From: Trueperaceae bacterium
GTDB taxonomy: Bacteria; Deinococcota; Deinococci; Deinococcales; Trueperaceae
Assembly: GCA_965215565.1 (NCBI GenBank)
Contig: CBDCDZ010000004.1
Span: forward strand, 3,200,001-3,264,000
Reading direction: 5' to 3'
Length of the DNA: 64,000 nt
The notes under the pieces were generated by a model. That model was not told where the DNA came from. It saw nothing but the letters and a program-made list of their open reading frames with translations, and did no database searches. Below are positions 29,821 to 39,404 of this stretch, in pieces (position 1 is the first letter of the stretch; each line of letters opens with the position of its first letter). Both the position numbers and the translations under genes were made by a program.

Positions 29821-29835
29821 AATGTAGGAGGCACA

Positions 29836-30351
29836 ATGTCAGTTAAATCAGCCGAATCCGGTATTAACCCGCTCGAGTTTCGCAACACCTTGGGGCGCTT
29901 CGGCACGGGCGTCACCGTCGTCACCGTGCAACAAGGTGAAGAGGTCAGAGGTATCACCGTCAATGCGTTTATGTCGGTGTCGCTCGCGCCGCCCCTCGTT
30001 CTGGTCTCTATCGACAAAAGCGCCAACTCTCACGCGCTCTTAGCCTCGAGCGAGCGCTACGGCGTGAGCATTCTGAGCGAAGCGCAAGAGGCGATGAGCA
30101 ACCTCTTTGCGGGGCGTCCTGACGAGAGCATCGAAGTGCACTACGAGTACAAAGACGGTTTCCCGCTCATTCGCGGCGCGTTAGCGCACTTGGTTTGTAG
30201 AACAGTAGAGGCACATGAGGCAGGCGACCACACGCTCTATATTGGCGAGGTGGAACATTTGAGTTATCAGGACGGTAAGCCGCTGCTCTATTTCGGGGGG
30301 CGTTATGGACGGTTGGAGGTTCCTGCAAGGGAGCCCATTCTCGACGGTTAG
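29836..30351 (+). CDS. hpaC: Flavin reductase component of 4-HPA 3-monooxygenase
   Basis: FRNTLGRFGTGVTVVT, SVSLAPPLV, GDH; hpa context. Confidence 0.88.
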   Translation: MSVKSAESGINPLEFRNTLGRFGTGVTVVTVQQGEEVRGITVNAFMSVSLAPPLVLVSIDKSANSHALLASSERYGVSILSEAQEAMSNLFAGRPDESIEVHYEYKDGFPLIRGALAHLVCRTVEAHEAGDHTLYIGEVEHLSYQDGKPLLYFGGRYGRLEVPAREPILDG

Positions 30352-30377
30352 AAAAGTCAAAAAAGTTAGGAGAGGTT

Positions 30378-31289
30378 ATGCAACCCCTGAAAGGTTCGAT
30401 TGTCCCCTTACCAACACCCTTCACAGGCAGCGACGCCAAGGTTGACGAGGCAGCCTTAAAAGAGATTATCGAATTCCAACTCCGCGAAGGCTCACACGGT
30501 TTAGGTGTCACGGGCACGACGGGTGAACCCTCTTCGCTGAGTTTAGACGAGCGCAAGCACGTCGCGGAGTTCGTTTATCGAGAGGTCAATGGGCGCGTTC
30601 CAGTCATGCCGGGGACGGGCACGAATAATCTGGACGAGACCTTAGAACTTACCAAACACGCCGAATCTATCGGCGCGGACGCTGTCTTAATCATCAGCCC
30701 CTACTACATCAAGCCGAATCAAAACAGCCTCTTCGAATATTTTAGACGCATTGCTGACAGCGTACCCAACACGCCCGTCGTCCTCTACAACATTCCCGGA
30801 CGCACGGCGGTCAACATCGAACCGAAAACGATTGGACGACTCCGCGAAGCCTGCAAAAATATCGTCGGCGTGAAGCACGCAACGAAGAACTTGGACAACG
30901 TGTCTTACACCTTTGTTCATGCTGGAAGTGATTTCGGCGTCTACTGCGGCATGGAAACGCTCACATATCCGATGCTCGCTTTGGGCGGCTCCGGTCACGT
31001 GAGCGCGACGGGGGTGGTTGCGCCCAGGGAGATTGCCGAGCTGTACAACCGGGCAGCGGCGGGGGATTGGGATGGTGCGCGGGAGTTGCACTACAAGATG
31101 CTCGAGCTAAACGACATGCTGTTCATCGAGGTGAACCCTGTACCGCTTAAAACCGCCCTTTCCATGATGGGCTTGTGCGAGAAGAGGTGGCGCTTACCGC
31201 TTGGGCCGATGATGCCCGAGAATGAGGTTAAACTCAAGGAGACGTTGAAAAAATACGGAATTTTTGAGCGCGCCGGGGTAAGTGCGTAA
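30378..31289 (+). CDS. hpaI: DapA-like 2,4-dihydroxyhept-2-enedioate aldolase
   Basis: GTTGEP, LYNIPGRT, VGVK; inside hpa cluster. Confidence 0.8.
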   Translation: MQPLKGSIVPLPTPFTGSDAKVDEAALKEIIEFQLREGSHGLGVTGTTGEPSSLSLDERKHVAEFVYREVNGRVPVMPGTGTNNLDETLELTKHAESIGADAVLIISPYYIKPNQNSLFEYFRRIADSVPNTPVVLYNIPGRTAVNIEPKTIGRLREACKNIVGVKHATKNLDNVSYTFVHAGSDFGVYCGMETLTYPMLALGGSGHVSATGVVAPREIAELYNRAAAGDWDGARELHYKMLELNDMLFIEVNPVPLKTALSMMGLCEKRWRLPLGPMMPENEVKLKETLKKYGIFERAGVSA

Positions 31290-31344
31290 AGAGGTGCGTG
31301 CAGTTGTCAGTGAACCTCAATATTAAGGAAGTTAGGAGGTTGTT

Positions 31345-31803
31345 ATCCCAACCCTCATTCATCAACGAGTACGTGCTGCCCACCGAGGTGACAATCCTAC
31401 AGTCATTTGCCGCGTTCCCTCGGGTTGGGTTGTGCTAGGCGACCAGCAACATCTCTACGGGTACTGTTTGCTTCTGCCTGACCCGGTGGTTTACGACCTC
31501 AACGCTCTGACTACGCAGGTACGTGTCCAGTATCTGAGCGACATGGCGGTTGTCGGCGACGCGCTTCTAGAGGTCACGGACGCCTACCGAATCAACTATT
31601 CCGTGCTAGGCAATACCGACCCCGCCTTGCACGCGCATATCAGACCGAGGTACATGTCTGAGCCTGAAGAGAAGCGCAAAGGTCCGGTCTACCTGAGTTA
31701 CAACGCCGAAGAGAGACACTCACGTCCTTTCGATGTAGAGAGAGATCAACCTCTTATGGACGAATTAGCAGCGTTTATAGAACGAAAGGTACAGCGTCTA
31801 TGA
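31345..31803 (+). CDS. HIT-family protein, apparent ATC start
   Basis: GWVVLGD.Q..GY.LLL, RINYSVLGN..PALHAHI.PRY; frame open upstream to TAG 31333. Confidence 0.7.
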   Translation: MPTLIHQRVRAAHRGDNPTVICRVPSGWVVLGDQQHLYGYCLLLPDPVVYDLNALTTQVRVQYLSDMAVVGDALLEVTDAYRINYSVLGNTDPALHAHIRPRYMSEPEEKRKGPVYLSYNAEERHSRPFDVERDQPLMDELAAFIERKVQRL

Positions 31804-32582
31804 AACACGCCAGAGTCATCGTCAACGGACACTACGAAGAGGTGTTGATCGAAGACAACCAAGTCGTCACCGCGTCTGGGCAGCGTTACAAACAAAATGA
31901 GGTGACGTGGCTGCCGCCTGTCGAGCCAGGCACCATCCTCGCGCTCGCTTTGAACTACGGCGATCACGCCACCGAACTCGACTTAGAACGCCCCGACGTT
32001 CCCGCGCTCTTTCCGAAACTGCGCAACGCTTTAACGGGTCACTTGGGCAACATCGTCAAACCGCACGGCGTCGAGTATATGCACTACGAAAACGAACTCG
32101 CGCTCATCATCGGTAGACCGGCGCGGCGCGTTAGAGCTGAGAACGCTCTGAATTACGTTAAAGGCTATACGGTTGCGAATGATTTAGTCGTCCGCGACTT
32201 CGTCATCAACCACTTCCGCCCGCCGATTAAGCCCAAAAACTTTGACACCTTTTTACCGCTCGGTCCCTGGTGGGTAGACGCCGCCGACATCCCCGACCCG
32301 CATAACTTGAAGCTCACCACGCACGTCAACGGCGCGTTGCGGCAAGAGGGCACGACCCGCGACATGCTCTACAACATCCCTGAAATCATCGAATACGTCT
32401 CCGAATTCATGACCTTGCAAGAGAACGACATTATCCTTACAGGAACGCCGAAAGGGATTTCGCACGTGCATCCAGGAGATGAGATTCGCTGTGAGATTGA
32501 AAGCGTAGGGGTCTTAGAGAATAAGGTGGTAGAGGAGAGGCTCGAGTCCGCTACTCCTCAGAAAAAAGAGGTGAACGCATGA
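31800..32582 (+). CDS. hpaG: FAH-family isomerase/decarboxylase (single HpaG-type domain)
   Basis: ALNY.DH, HYENEL, AND, KNFDTF.PLGP, TGTP.G. Confidence 0.85.
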   Translation: MKHARVIVNGHYEEVLIEDNQVVTASGQRYKQNEVTWLPPVEPGTILALALNYGDHATELDLERPDVPALFPKLRNALTGHLGNIVKPHGVEYMHYENELALIIGRPARRVRAENALNYVKGYTVANDLVVRDFVINHFRPPIKPKNFDTFLPLGPWWVDAADIPDPHNLKLTTHVNGALRQEGTTRDMLYNIPEIIEYVSEFMTLQENDIILTGTPKGISHVHPGDEIRCEIESVGVLENKVVEERLESATPQKKEVNA

Positions 32583-34105
32583 GCGGCGCAGTTCCAGTCT
32601 TTAGCGAAAGTGCTGTCCATCAAGAGAAGGTCAAGCCGTTTCGTGAAAAGGTAGCTGAAAGAGGTATCAAGCACCTCATTAACGGCGAATGGGTTGCGTC
32701 CGCGTCGGGCGAGACCTTCGAAACGCTAAGCCCGGTTGACAACAGCGTCATCGCTGAGGTTGCGTCAGGAAATGAAGAGGATATTGACAAAGCTGCGAAA
32801 GCTGCTACCGAAGCCTTCAAAACGTGGCGCAACGTCTCCCCAAAAGAGCGCAAACGCCTGCTGCACCATGTGGCTGATTTGATTGAGGAAAGAGCCGAAG
32901 AAATCGCGCTCTTAGAAGTTCTCGACACGGGGCAGACGATTCGCTTCATGAGCAAAGCGGCGACTCGCGCCGCGCAGAACTTCCGCTTCTTCGCGGACAG
33001 GTGCGAGAGCGCGAGAGATGGCTCGAGCCTCCCTACAGACGAGCACCTCAACTACACCATCCGCCAACCTATCGGTCCGGTGGGCATCATCACCCCTTGG
33101 AACACACCTTTTATGCTCTCGACTTGGAAGATGGCTCCGGCACTCGCCGCAGGTTGCACTGTCGTCCATAAACCCGCTGAGTGGAGCCCGGTTACAGCGT
33201 CCTTGTTATCCGAGATTGTGCTCGAGGCGGGCATCCCCGCAGGCGTCGTCAACCTCGTCAACGGTTACGGCGAAACCGCAGGCAAGGCGCTCACCGAGCA
33301 CCCCGACATCAAAGCGGTGGCGTTCGTGGGCGAGTCGGTCACGGGGTCTCACATCATGGCGCAGGGCGCGGCGACCTTGAAGCGGGTGCATTTTGAGTTG
33401 GGTGGGAAGAATCCTGTTGTGGTCTTTGACGATGCGGACTTAGAACGCGCTCTTGACGCGGCGATGTTCATGATTTACAGCCTGAATGGGGAGCGGTGTA
33501 CCTCTTCTAGCCGCCTCTTGGTCCAAGAATCCGTGTACCACGACTTCACCGCCAAACTCGCCCAACGCGCCAAGAATATCACCGTCGGCGACCCCTTCGA
33601 CCCTGCTACGGACATCGGTCCTTTAATTCATCCTAAGCATTTAGAAAAGGTTATGAGTTATATGGCTTTGGCAAGGGACGAAGGCGCAACCGTCGCCGCT
33701 GGCGGTGAGAACGTTTCAGGGAATTTGATTAACGCCACCCTTTTTACGGGTGCAAAGAACGACATGCGCATCGCCCAAGAGGAGATTTTCGGTCCCGTCC
33801 TCACGGCGATACCTTTCAAAGATGAAGCCGAAGCCTTAGAGCTTGCCAACGGTGTCCGCTACGGGCTCGCGGCTTACCTCTGGACGAAGGACGTGACCCG
33901 CGCCCACCGCTTCGCGCAAAACTTAGACGCGGGCATGGTCTGGGTCAACTCGCAGAACGTCCGCCATTTGCCCACGCCTTTTGGCGGGATGAAGGCGTCG
34001 GGTGTCGGGCGTGACGGGGGCGATTACTCGTTTGACTTTTATATGGAGACGAAGAACATCGCGGTGGCGTTGGGGGAGCATAGAATTCCGAAGTTAGGCG
34101 TGTGA
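32579..34105 (+). CDS. hpaE: 5-carboxymethyl-2-hydroxymuconate semialdehyde dehydrogenase
   Basis: PWNTPFML, ELGGK, NGERC, NSQNVRHLPTPFGG. Confidence 0.93.
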   Translation: MSGAVPVFSESAVHQEKVKPFREKVAERGIKHLINGEWVASASGETFETLSPVDNSVIAEVASGNEEDIDKAAKAATEAFKTWRNVSPKERKRLLHHVADLIEERAEEIALLEVLDTGQTIRFMSKAATRAAQNFRFFADRCESARDGSSLPTDEHLNYTIRQPIGPVGIITPWNTPFMLSTWKMAPALAAGCTVVHKPAEWSPVTASLLSEIVLEAGIPAGVVNLVNGYGETAGKALTEHPDIKAVAFVGESVTGSHIMAQGAATLKRVHFELGGKNPVVVFDDADLERALDAAMFMIYSLNGERCTSSSRLLVQESVYHDFTAKLAQRAKNITVGDPFDPATDIGPLIHPKHLEKVMSYMALARDEGATVAAGGENVSGNLINATLFTGAKNDMRIAQEEIFGPVLTAIPFKDEAEALELANGVRYGLAAYLWTKDVTRAHRFAQNLDAGMVWVNSQNVRHLPTPFGGMKASGVGRDGGDYSFDFYMETKNIAVALGEHRIPKLGV

Positions 34106-34113
34106 GGAGGTGG

Positions 34114-34380
34114 ATGATGGGAAGAGTGATTGAGCTAGAACTCGAGACTGACGAAAACGGTGAACTTCATCTGACGAAAGAGCAGCTTGGTGAGGTTGCG
34201 CCAAACGTGCGCTTTAAGGTTAGCGCGGAGCCGCTAGAGGAGACGCCGCGTTTTGGTCCTGAGTGGGCGAACTTAACGCCCGAGGAGCGTGTAAAAGATT
34301 TGCGTGAACTCGTCAAAACGTTTGGAGAAGGTCCCGGACTCTCTGATTGGGCGGTGAGCCGTGACTCCATTTACGACTGA
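34114..34380 (+). CDS. Putative antitoxin of the adjacent PIN toxin
   Basis: C-terminal LSDWAVSRDSIYD; stop overlaps toxin start (TGATG). Confidence 0.7.
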   Translation: MMGRVIELELETDENGELHLTKEQLGEVAPNVRFKVSAEPLEETPRFGPEWANLTPEERVKDLRELVKTFGEGPGLSDWAVSRDSIYD

Positions 34381-34832
34381 TGCCGCGCTACCTGATGGAT
34401 ACGAACATCTTGCTCCGCTACGCGGACACGGGTGCTGAGCAACATCCGCTCATTATGGAGGCACTAGAAACGCTCGCGCTACGTCAGGATGAGGTTGTGA
34501 TGGTTCCACAAACCATCTATGAGTTTTGGAGTGTGGTGACGCGCCCAGCGGATAAAAACGGTTTGGGTTGGGCGACGGCGAAAGTAAGCACAGTGGTAGA
34601 CCGAGTGAGTAAGAGGTTTCCGCTCCTTCCAGATATGCAGGGCGTATTTGTGAACTGGCTCGAGCTTGTCACCCGACACGATGTGAAAGGCAAACAAGTC
34701 CACGACGCCCGTTTAGTCGCCGCGATGCAAACGCACGATGTAAAGAATCTTTTAACGCTGAATATCAAAGATTTCGAGAGATATTCGGAGCTTGAAGCGG
34801 TTCATCCAAGCTCTATAGAGGAGCAACGCTAA
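34380..34832 (+). CDS. vapC: PIN-domain toxin (VapC-like)
   Basis: DTNILLR, EFW, GKQVHDARLVA, LTLN.KDF. Confidence 0.88.
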   Translation: MPRYLMDTNILLRYADTGAEQHPLIMEALETLALRQDEVVMVPQTIYEFWSVVTRPADKNGLGWATAKVSTVVDRVSKRFPLLPDMQGVFVNWLELVTRHDVKGKQVHDARLVAAMQTHDVKNLLTLNIKDFERYSELEAVHPSSIEEQR

Positions 34833-34834
34833 GT

Positions 34835-35209
34835 ATGGCGCGACTTCAGCACATCGCCCTTCAAACGAACGATTTGGAGCAAACACGAGCGTTCTACAAA
34901 GTGCTGGGTTTAGAGGAAGCTAATTACGACGCTAACATCGGGCGGTTATGGCTGAATTTGGAAGACGGGTTCACCCTCATCTTTGACCGCTCAGAGGAAA
35001 CGCTTTCTGCTTCGACGGTTAAGTATCTGGGTCTCGAGTTACCCGACTTCAAAGCGGTTGACCGGATGTACGAAAAGTTAGCACCGCAAGCTGAGATGGG
35101 ACGCGATATGAGAGAGCTTTACAGCCATAAGCAAGGACCCTACGGCTTTTTCATCCAAGACCCGAACGGTTACACCATCAAAGTTTTCAAATACAACTAC
35201 ATCAAGTAA
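34835..35209 (+). CDS. VOC/glyoxalase-family protein
   Basis: HIALQT.DLE...FY, FFIQDPNG. Confidence 0.8.
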   Translation: MARLQHIALQTNDLEQTRAFYKVLGLEEANYDANIGRLWLNLEDGFTLIFDRSEETLSASTVKYLGLELPDFKAVDRMYEKLAPQAEMGRDMRELYSHKQGPYGFFIQDPNGYTIKVFKYNYIK

Positions 35210-35304
35210 GAGGTTTAACTTTCCACTCAGCACTCGTCACTTTCAACTTCCTAAGCTAATACCTAACCGCTAAAAGCTAATCGCCTCTCCTGAAAGGAGC
35301 CAAA

Positions 35305-36792
35305 ATGCCCGCACGCACCGGCCAACAATTCCTAGAAGGTCTCAAACGAAACCCGCCGAATATCTATATAGACGGCGAGAAAATCGAAGACCCCACCATC
35401 CACATCTACACCAAAAACGCCGCCGCCAGCATCGCCAAGCTCTATGATTTGCAGCACGAGCCTGAGTTACGCGACACGATGACCTACGAAAGCCCAACGA
35501 CGGGCGATAGAGTAGGACTGAGCTTTTTAGAGCCTAAGTCGAGGGAGGACTTAGAGCGACGCGCACAGATGCACAAAGTCTGGGCGGACGCCTCTTTGGG
35601 CTTTATCGGACGCGCCCCCGACTACATGAACGTGAACCTGATGGCGGCGGCGAAGGCGGCGCAGTACTTCGACCAGGGCGACCCGCGCTTTGGCGAGAAT
35701 ATGAAGTCGTACTACGAGTACGTCCGTGAAAACGACCTTTGTCTGACCCATGCCTTGACGAATCCGCAGGTGAACCGGGAGGCAAGGGCAGACCAACTCG
35801 ACGATCCGTACATCGCGTTAGGACTCGTAAAAGAGACGGATGAGGGCATCGTCGTGCGCGGGGCGCGGATGATGGCAACGTTGCCCATCGCTGACGAAAT
35901 CCTCATCTTCCCCTCGACGGTTCTCAAAGAGCAAGAGGAGTTGACGCGCTACGCTTTAGCCTTCGCTATGCCGACGAACACGCCGGGCTTATCGTTCCAG
36001 TGCCGCGAACCGCTCGACATCGGGCGGAGCCACGAGGACCATCCTTTGGGCTCCCGCTTCGACGAACTCGACGCGATGGTTATCTTTGACGACGTGCTCG
36101 TCCCCTGGGATAGAGTCTTTATTATCAACGACGTGAAGCTCGCTAACCGCGCCTACGGCACGACGGGCGCGGTCTACCACATGGCGCATCAAGTCGTGAA
36201 CGTCAAAATCGCTAAAACCGAGGCGTTTTTGGGCGTGGCGCAGTCCATCGTGGAGATGATCGGTTCGGCGCGGTTTCAGCACGTGCAGCAGAAGGTGGCG
36301 GAAATCATCATTAACTTAGAGGTGATGAAAGCGCTCAAAGTCGCCAGTGAGCAGGGCGCGATGCTGGACGAATACGGCACCATGACGCCCGCCAAAGGCC
36401 CTTTGAACGCCGCTCGCAACCTCTACCCACAGCTCTATCCGCGCATGGCAGAGGTCATCCAACTCTTGAGCGCCTCGGGCATCATCATGATTCCTACCGA
36501 GAAGGATCGCAAGGGACCGATGGGCGACAATATTTCTAAGTTCTTGCAGGCGAGAGGTGCCAACAGTGACGAGCGCATCAAACTCTACCGCTTAGCGTGG
36601 GACATGACCATTTCATCCTTCGGCGCTCGCCAAAACTTGTATGAGAAGTTCTTCTTCGGCGACCCGGTGCGGACGCAGTGTGCACTGTACGAGAACTACG
36701 ACAAGGAGCCTTATGTGGAGAGGATTAAGGCGTTTTTGGAGCGGAGTGATGAGACAGTTAATGAAGCTGTATCGGCGGTTTCAGCGGATTAG
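35305..36792 (+). CDS. hpaB: 4-hydroxyphenylacetate 3-monooxygenase, oxygenase component
   Basis: [40 protein letters not shown]. Confidence 0.95.
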   Translation: MPARTGQQFLEGLKRNPPNIYIDGEKIEDPTIHIYTKNAAASIAKLYDLQHEPELRDTMTYESPTTGDRVGLSFLEPKSREDLERRAQMHKVWADASLGFIGRAPDYMNVNLMAAAKAAQYFDQGDPRFGENMKSYYEYVRENDLCLTHALTNPQVNREARADQLDDPYIALGLVKETDEGIVVRGARMMATLPIADEILIFPSTVLKEQEELTRYALAFAMPTNTPGLSFQCREPLDIGRSHEDHPLGSRFDELDAMVIFDDVLVPWDRVFIINDVKLANRAYGTTGAVYHMAHQVVNVKIAKTEAFLGVAQSIVEMIGSARFQHVQQKVAEIIINLEVMKALKVASEQGAMLDEYGTMTPAKGPLNAARNLYPQLYPRMAEVIQLLSASGIIMIPTEKDRKGPMGDNISKFLQARGANSDERIKLYRLAWDMTISSFGARQNLYEKFFFGDPVRTQCALYENYDKEPYVERIKAFLERSDETVNEAVSAVSAD

Positions 36793-36799
36793 AGCGATC

Positions 36800-37786
36800 A
36801 TGCCTATCAAACAAGCCAACACCAACCCACCTTTCAACATCATCCGCCTCAGCCACTTGGAACTCGGCGTGACGGATTTGGAACGCTCCAAGGCTTTTTA
36901 CGTGGACGCTCTAGGATTAGTCGAAACCGAACGCTCAGGAGACTCTCTTTACTTGCGGGGGCTCGAGGAGCGCAACCACCACTCCATCATCCTGAGCCAG
37001 ACCGACACGCCCATATGCCGCCGCCTCGCTTACAAAGTCGGTAGTGAGGAGGATTTGGATAGAGCCAAAGCGTTCTTTCGGGAGAGAGATTTAGAGCCGC
37101 AGTGGGTAGAGCGCCACGCGCAGGGGCGTACTTTAGAGGTCCGTGATCCGTTCGGGGTTCCTTTGGAGTTTTACTACCAGATGGACCAAGTTGAACGCCG
37201 ACTCCAGCATTACGGTGAATACCAGGGCGCACAAATTATGAGGATTGACCACTTCAACCTCTTCGCCTCGGATTTGCAAGGTACACACGACTTCTACGCG
37301 GGCGAGCTGGGTTTTCGCACGACGGAATACACCGAAACTGAAGGCGATAACCCTAAGCTGTGGGCGGTCTGGATGCACCGTAAAGGCAATGTCCATGATT
37401 TAGCTTTGACAAATGGGCGTGGACCCCGCTTGCATCACCTCGGCGTGTGGGTTCCGACTGCCATGAATATCATCCACTGCTGCGACGTGCTAGCGACAAC
37501 GGGGTATGTGGACGCCTTAGAGCGCGGTCCCGGACGACACGGCATCTCGAACGCCTTCTTTCTCTACATCCGCGACCCCGACGGACACCGCACCGAACTC
37601 TTCACCAGCGACTACCTCACCGTAGACCCCGACTTCGAGCCGATTCGCTGGACTTTGAACGACCCGCAGCGCCAGACCTTGTGGGGTGCGCCTGCGCCGA
37701 AAACGTGGTTTGAGGAGGGGACGCCGTTTGAAGAGGTAGAGGTGAAAGAGCCTCTTATGGCGGCGCGTCCGGTGGTGGCGGTCTAA
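36800..37786 (+). CDS. hpaD: Homoprotocatechuate 2,3-dioxygenase
   Basis: RIDHFN, VHDLA, HHLG, ERGPGRHGISNAFFLY.RDPDGH; ATG 36800. Confidence 0.93.
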   Translation: MPIKQANTNPPFNIIRLSHLELGVTDLERSKAFYVDALGLVETERSGDSLYLRGLEERNHHSIILSQTDTPICRRLAYKVGSEEDLDRAKAFFRERDLEPQWVERHAQGRTLEVRDPFGVPLEFYYQMDQVERRLQHYGEYQGAQIMRIDHFNLFASDLQGTHDFYAGELGFRTTEYTETEGDNPKLWAVWMHRKGNVHDLALTNGRGPRLHHLGVWVPTAMNIIHCCDVLATTGYVDALERGPGRHGISNAFFLYIRDPDGHRTELFTSDYLTVDPDFEPIRWTLNDPQRQTLWGAPAPKTWFEEGTPFEEVEVKEPLMAARPVVAV

Positions 37787-37806
37787 CGAGCGGTTTGAGG
37801 GGAGTG

Positions 37807-37830
37807 GAGGCTCGAGCCTCTTTTCCTTTC
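37807..37830 (+). terminator. Possible intrinsic terminator after hpaD
   Basis: gaggctcgagcctc followed by ttttcctttc. Confidence 0.5.
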
Positions 37831-37848
37831 TCGCTGAAACGAATTGTC

Positions 37849-37922
37849 GCAGGTATCATCCTTAACGTGCATGTCGAGCAGCACTACATTTGCTGAGCGC
37901 GTTTGTGACTAGATAATACCAT
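37849..37922 (-). mobile_element. MITE-like family copy M (partial)
   Basis: gcaggtatcatc...gcgtttgtgactagataatacc; matches copies K and L. Confidence 0.65.
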
Positions 37923-38054
37923 TTCCGGTTGATTCTTTTAGAAATCAACCCGAGCGTAGCGAGATGAAAAAATACGGATTCCGGTTAGGAACGGAAGAAA
38001 CTCGCTAGAGTTTATGCAGTGTTTAACCGGAATCCGTGTGATACCTGCTTCCTC

Positions 38055-38083
38055 TTGCGAACGAACGTTAGGTTGGGTATGCT
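38055..38083 (+). promoter_or_regulatory. Sigma70 promoter overlapped by PaaR-type operator (38058-38071)
   Basis: TTGCGA-N17-TATGCT; CGAACGAACGTTAG fits CNAACRNNCGTTNG. Confidence 0.7.
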
Positions 38084-38164
38084 TACAGGGTATAGAAAAA
38101 TGTGGAAGGCTGCGCTCCAAACGCTTTATGTCGTAATTCCAGCGTAGTCAAAGGAGGAAGAGGT

Positions 38165-39346
38165 ATGAACGCCCTTAGAGTTTCTCTCACGCTCATTCTC
38201 ACGATCTGTTTGATGTCGGGCGCAGCCTTCGCCCAAACCATCCGCATCGGCGCAGTCGCCTCGGCGACGGGTCCCGCCTCAGCACTCGGCGAGCCCGAAG
38301 CGAACACCTTTCGGCTTCTGCAGCAGCAATTCGATGAGGCGGGGGGCATCGCCGGAATTCCGGTTGAGATTATCTTTTTAGACGACGCAACCGAGACCTC
38401 TCAAGCTGTGACCAACGTGCGCCGCCTCATTAGTGAGGAAGAGGTGCACGCGGTGATTTGTTGCACCATCACGGCGAACTCTTTAGCCATCATCGATACG
38501 GTGCAAGAGGCCGAGGTTCCAACCGTCTCGATGGCGGCGTCCGCGTCGATTATCGAGCCTGTAGACGAGCGCTATTGGGTTTTTAAGACGCCACAGACTG
38601 ACCGTTTGATGATTGAGGGCATCGCCCAAGATATTCAGGCACAGGGGTTTGAGAGCGTTGCCTTTATGGGTTTGGATGACGCTTATGGCGAGGGCGGCTT
38701 GACGGAGTTTCAGGCACTTGCGAGTGAGGCGGGTATCGAGATTCCTACCGTCGAGCGGCACGGACGCAACGATACGAACGTGACGCCGCAAGCGTTGCGT
38801 GTCGTCTCGCGTCAGCCTGATGCGGTGCTCGTATGGGGTGTCGTGCGTGATTCTGCTCTAGTCGTGAATGCGCTCCGTGATAGAGGGTATGAAGGACAGA
38901 TTTATGTGAGTCACGGGACGGGCAACCCAGAGTTCTTGCAGCTCGGCGGTGACGCGATTGAGGGAACCCTTCTTCCCATCGGTCCGATGATTGTAGCGGA
39001 GCAGCTCCCCGATGACAGTGAGATTAAGCCGGTGGCGCTCGAGTACATCGCCGCTTACGAAGCCGAATACGGCGACGGCACGGCGAGCACCTTTGGCGGT
39101 CACGCCCAAGACGCCGTGAAGCTCTTAGAACTCGCCATCACCCAAGTTGTCGAAGAGGGCGCAGACTTGAGCGACTTAGACGCCGCCCGCACCGCGATTC
39201 GCGACGCTTTAGAAGCGGCTGAACCTTATACCGGAATAGGCGGCGTGTTCGACTACACCGCTGAAGACCACTTAGGTCTCGATGAGCGCGCCTTAGTTCT
39301 TGTCGAGATTCGAGATAATACTTGGACGCTCGCCGAACAAGAGTGA
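38165..39346 (+). CDS. Liv-type ABC substrate-binding protein, likely aromatic acid
   Basis: Signal peptide, TGPASALG, DDAYGE; downstream of hpa genes. Confidence 0.85.
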   Translation: MNALRVSLTLILTICLMSGAAFAQTIRIGAVASATGPASALGEPEANTFRLLQQQFDEAGGIAGIPVEIIFLDDATETSQAVTNVRRLISEEEVHAVICCTITANSLAIIDTVQEAEVPTVSMAASASIIEPVDERYWVFKTPQTDRLMIEGIAQDIQAQGFESVAFMGLDDAYGEGGLTEFQALASEAGIEIPTVERHGRNDTNVTPQALRVVSRQPDAVLVWGVVRDSALVVNALRDRGYEGQIYVSHGTGNPEFLQLGGDAIEGTLLPIGPMIVAEQLPDDSEIKPVALEYIAAYEAEYGDGTASTFGGHAQDAVKLLELAITQVVEEGADLSDLDAARTAIRDALEAAEPYTGIGGVFDYTAEDHLGLDERALVLVEIRDNTWTLAEQE

Positions 39347-39351
39347 GTCAT

Positions 39352-39380
39352 AGGGTAGCTACGGCTACCCTTTCTTTCTT
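39352..39380 (+). terminator. Hairpin plus U-rich tract after the binding-protein gene
   Basis: agggtagc tacg gctaccct ttctttctt. Confidence 0.6.
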
Positions 39381-39404
39381 GTTGGGAATCAGAAGAGGTC
39401 TACT

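Noticed and set aside
30378..31289. True dapA for lysine biosynthesis
   Set aside because: Sits inside the hpa cluster; better explained as the DapA-like HpaI
36641..36799. N-terminal extension of hpaD in the ORF track
   Set aside because: Overlaps hpaB; ATG 36800 gives a normal-length enzyme
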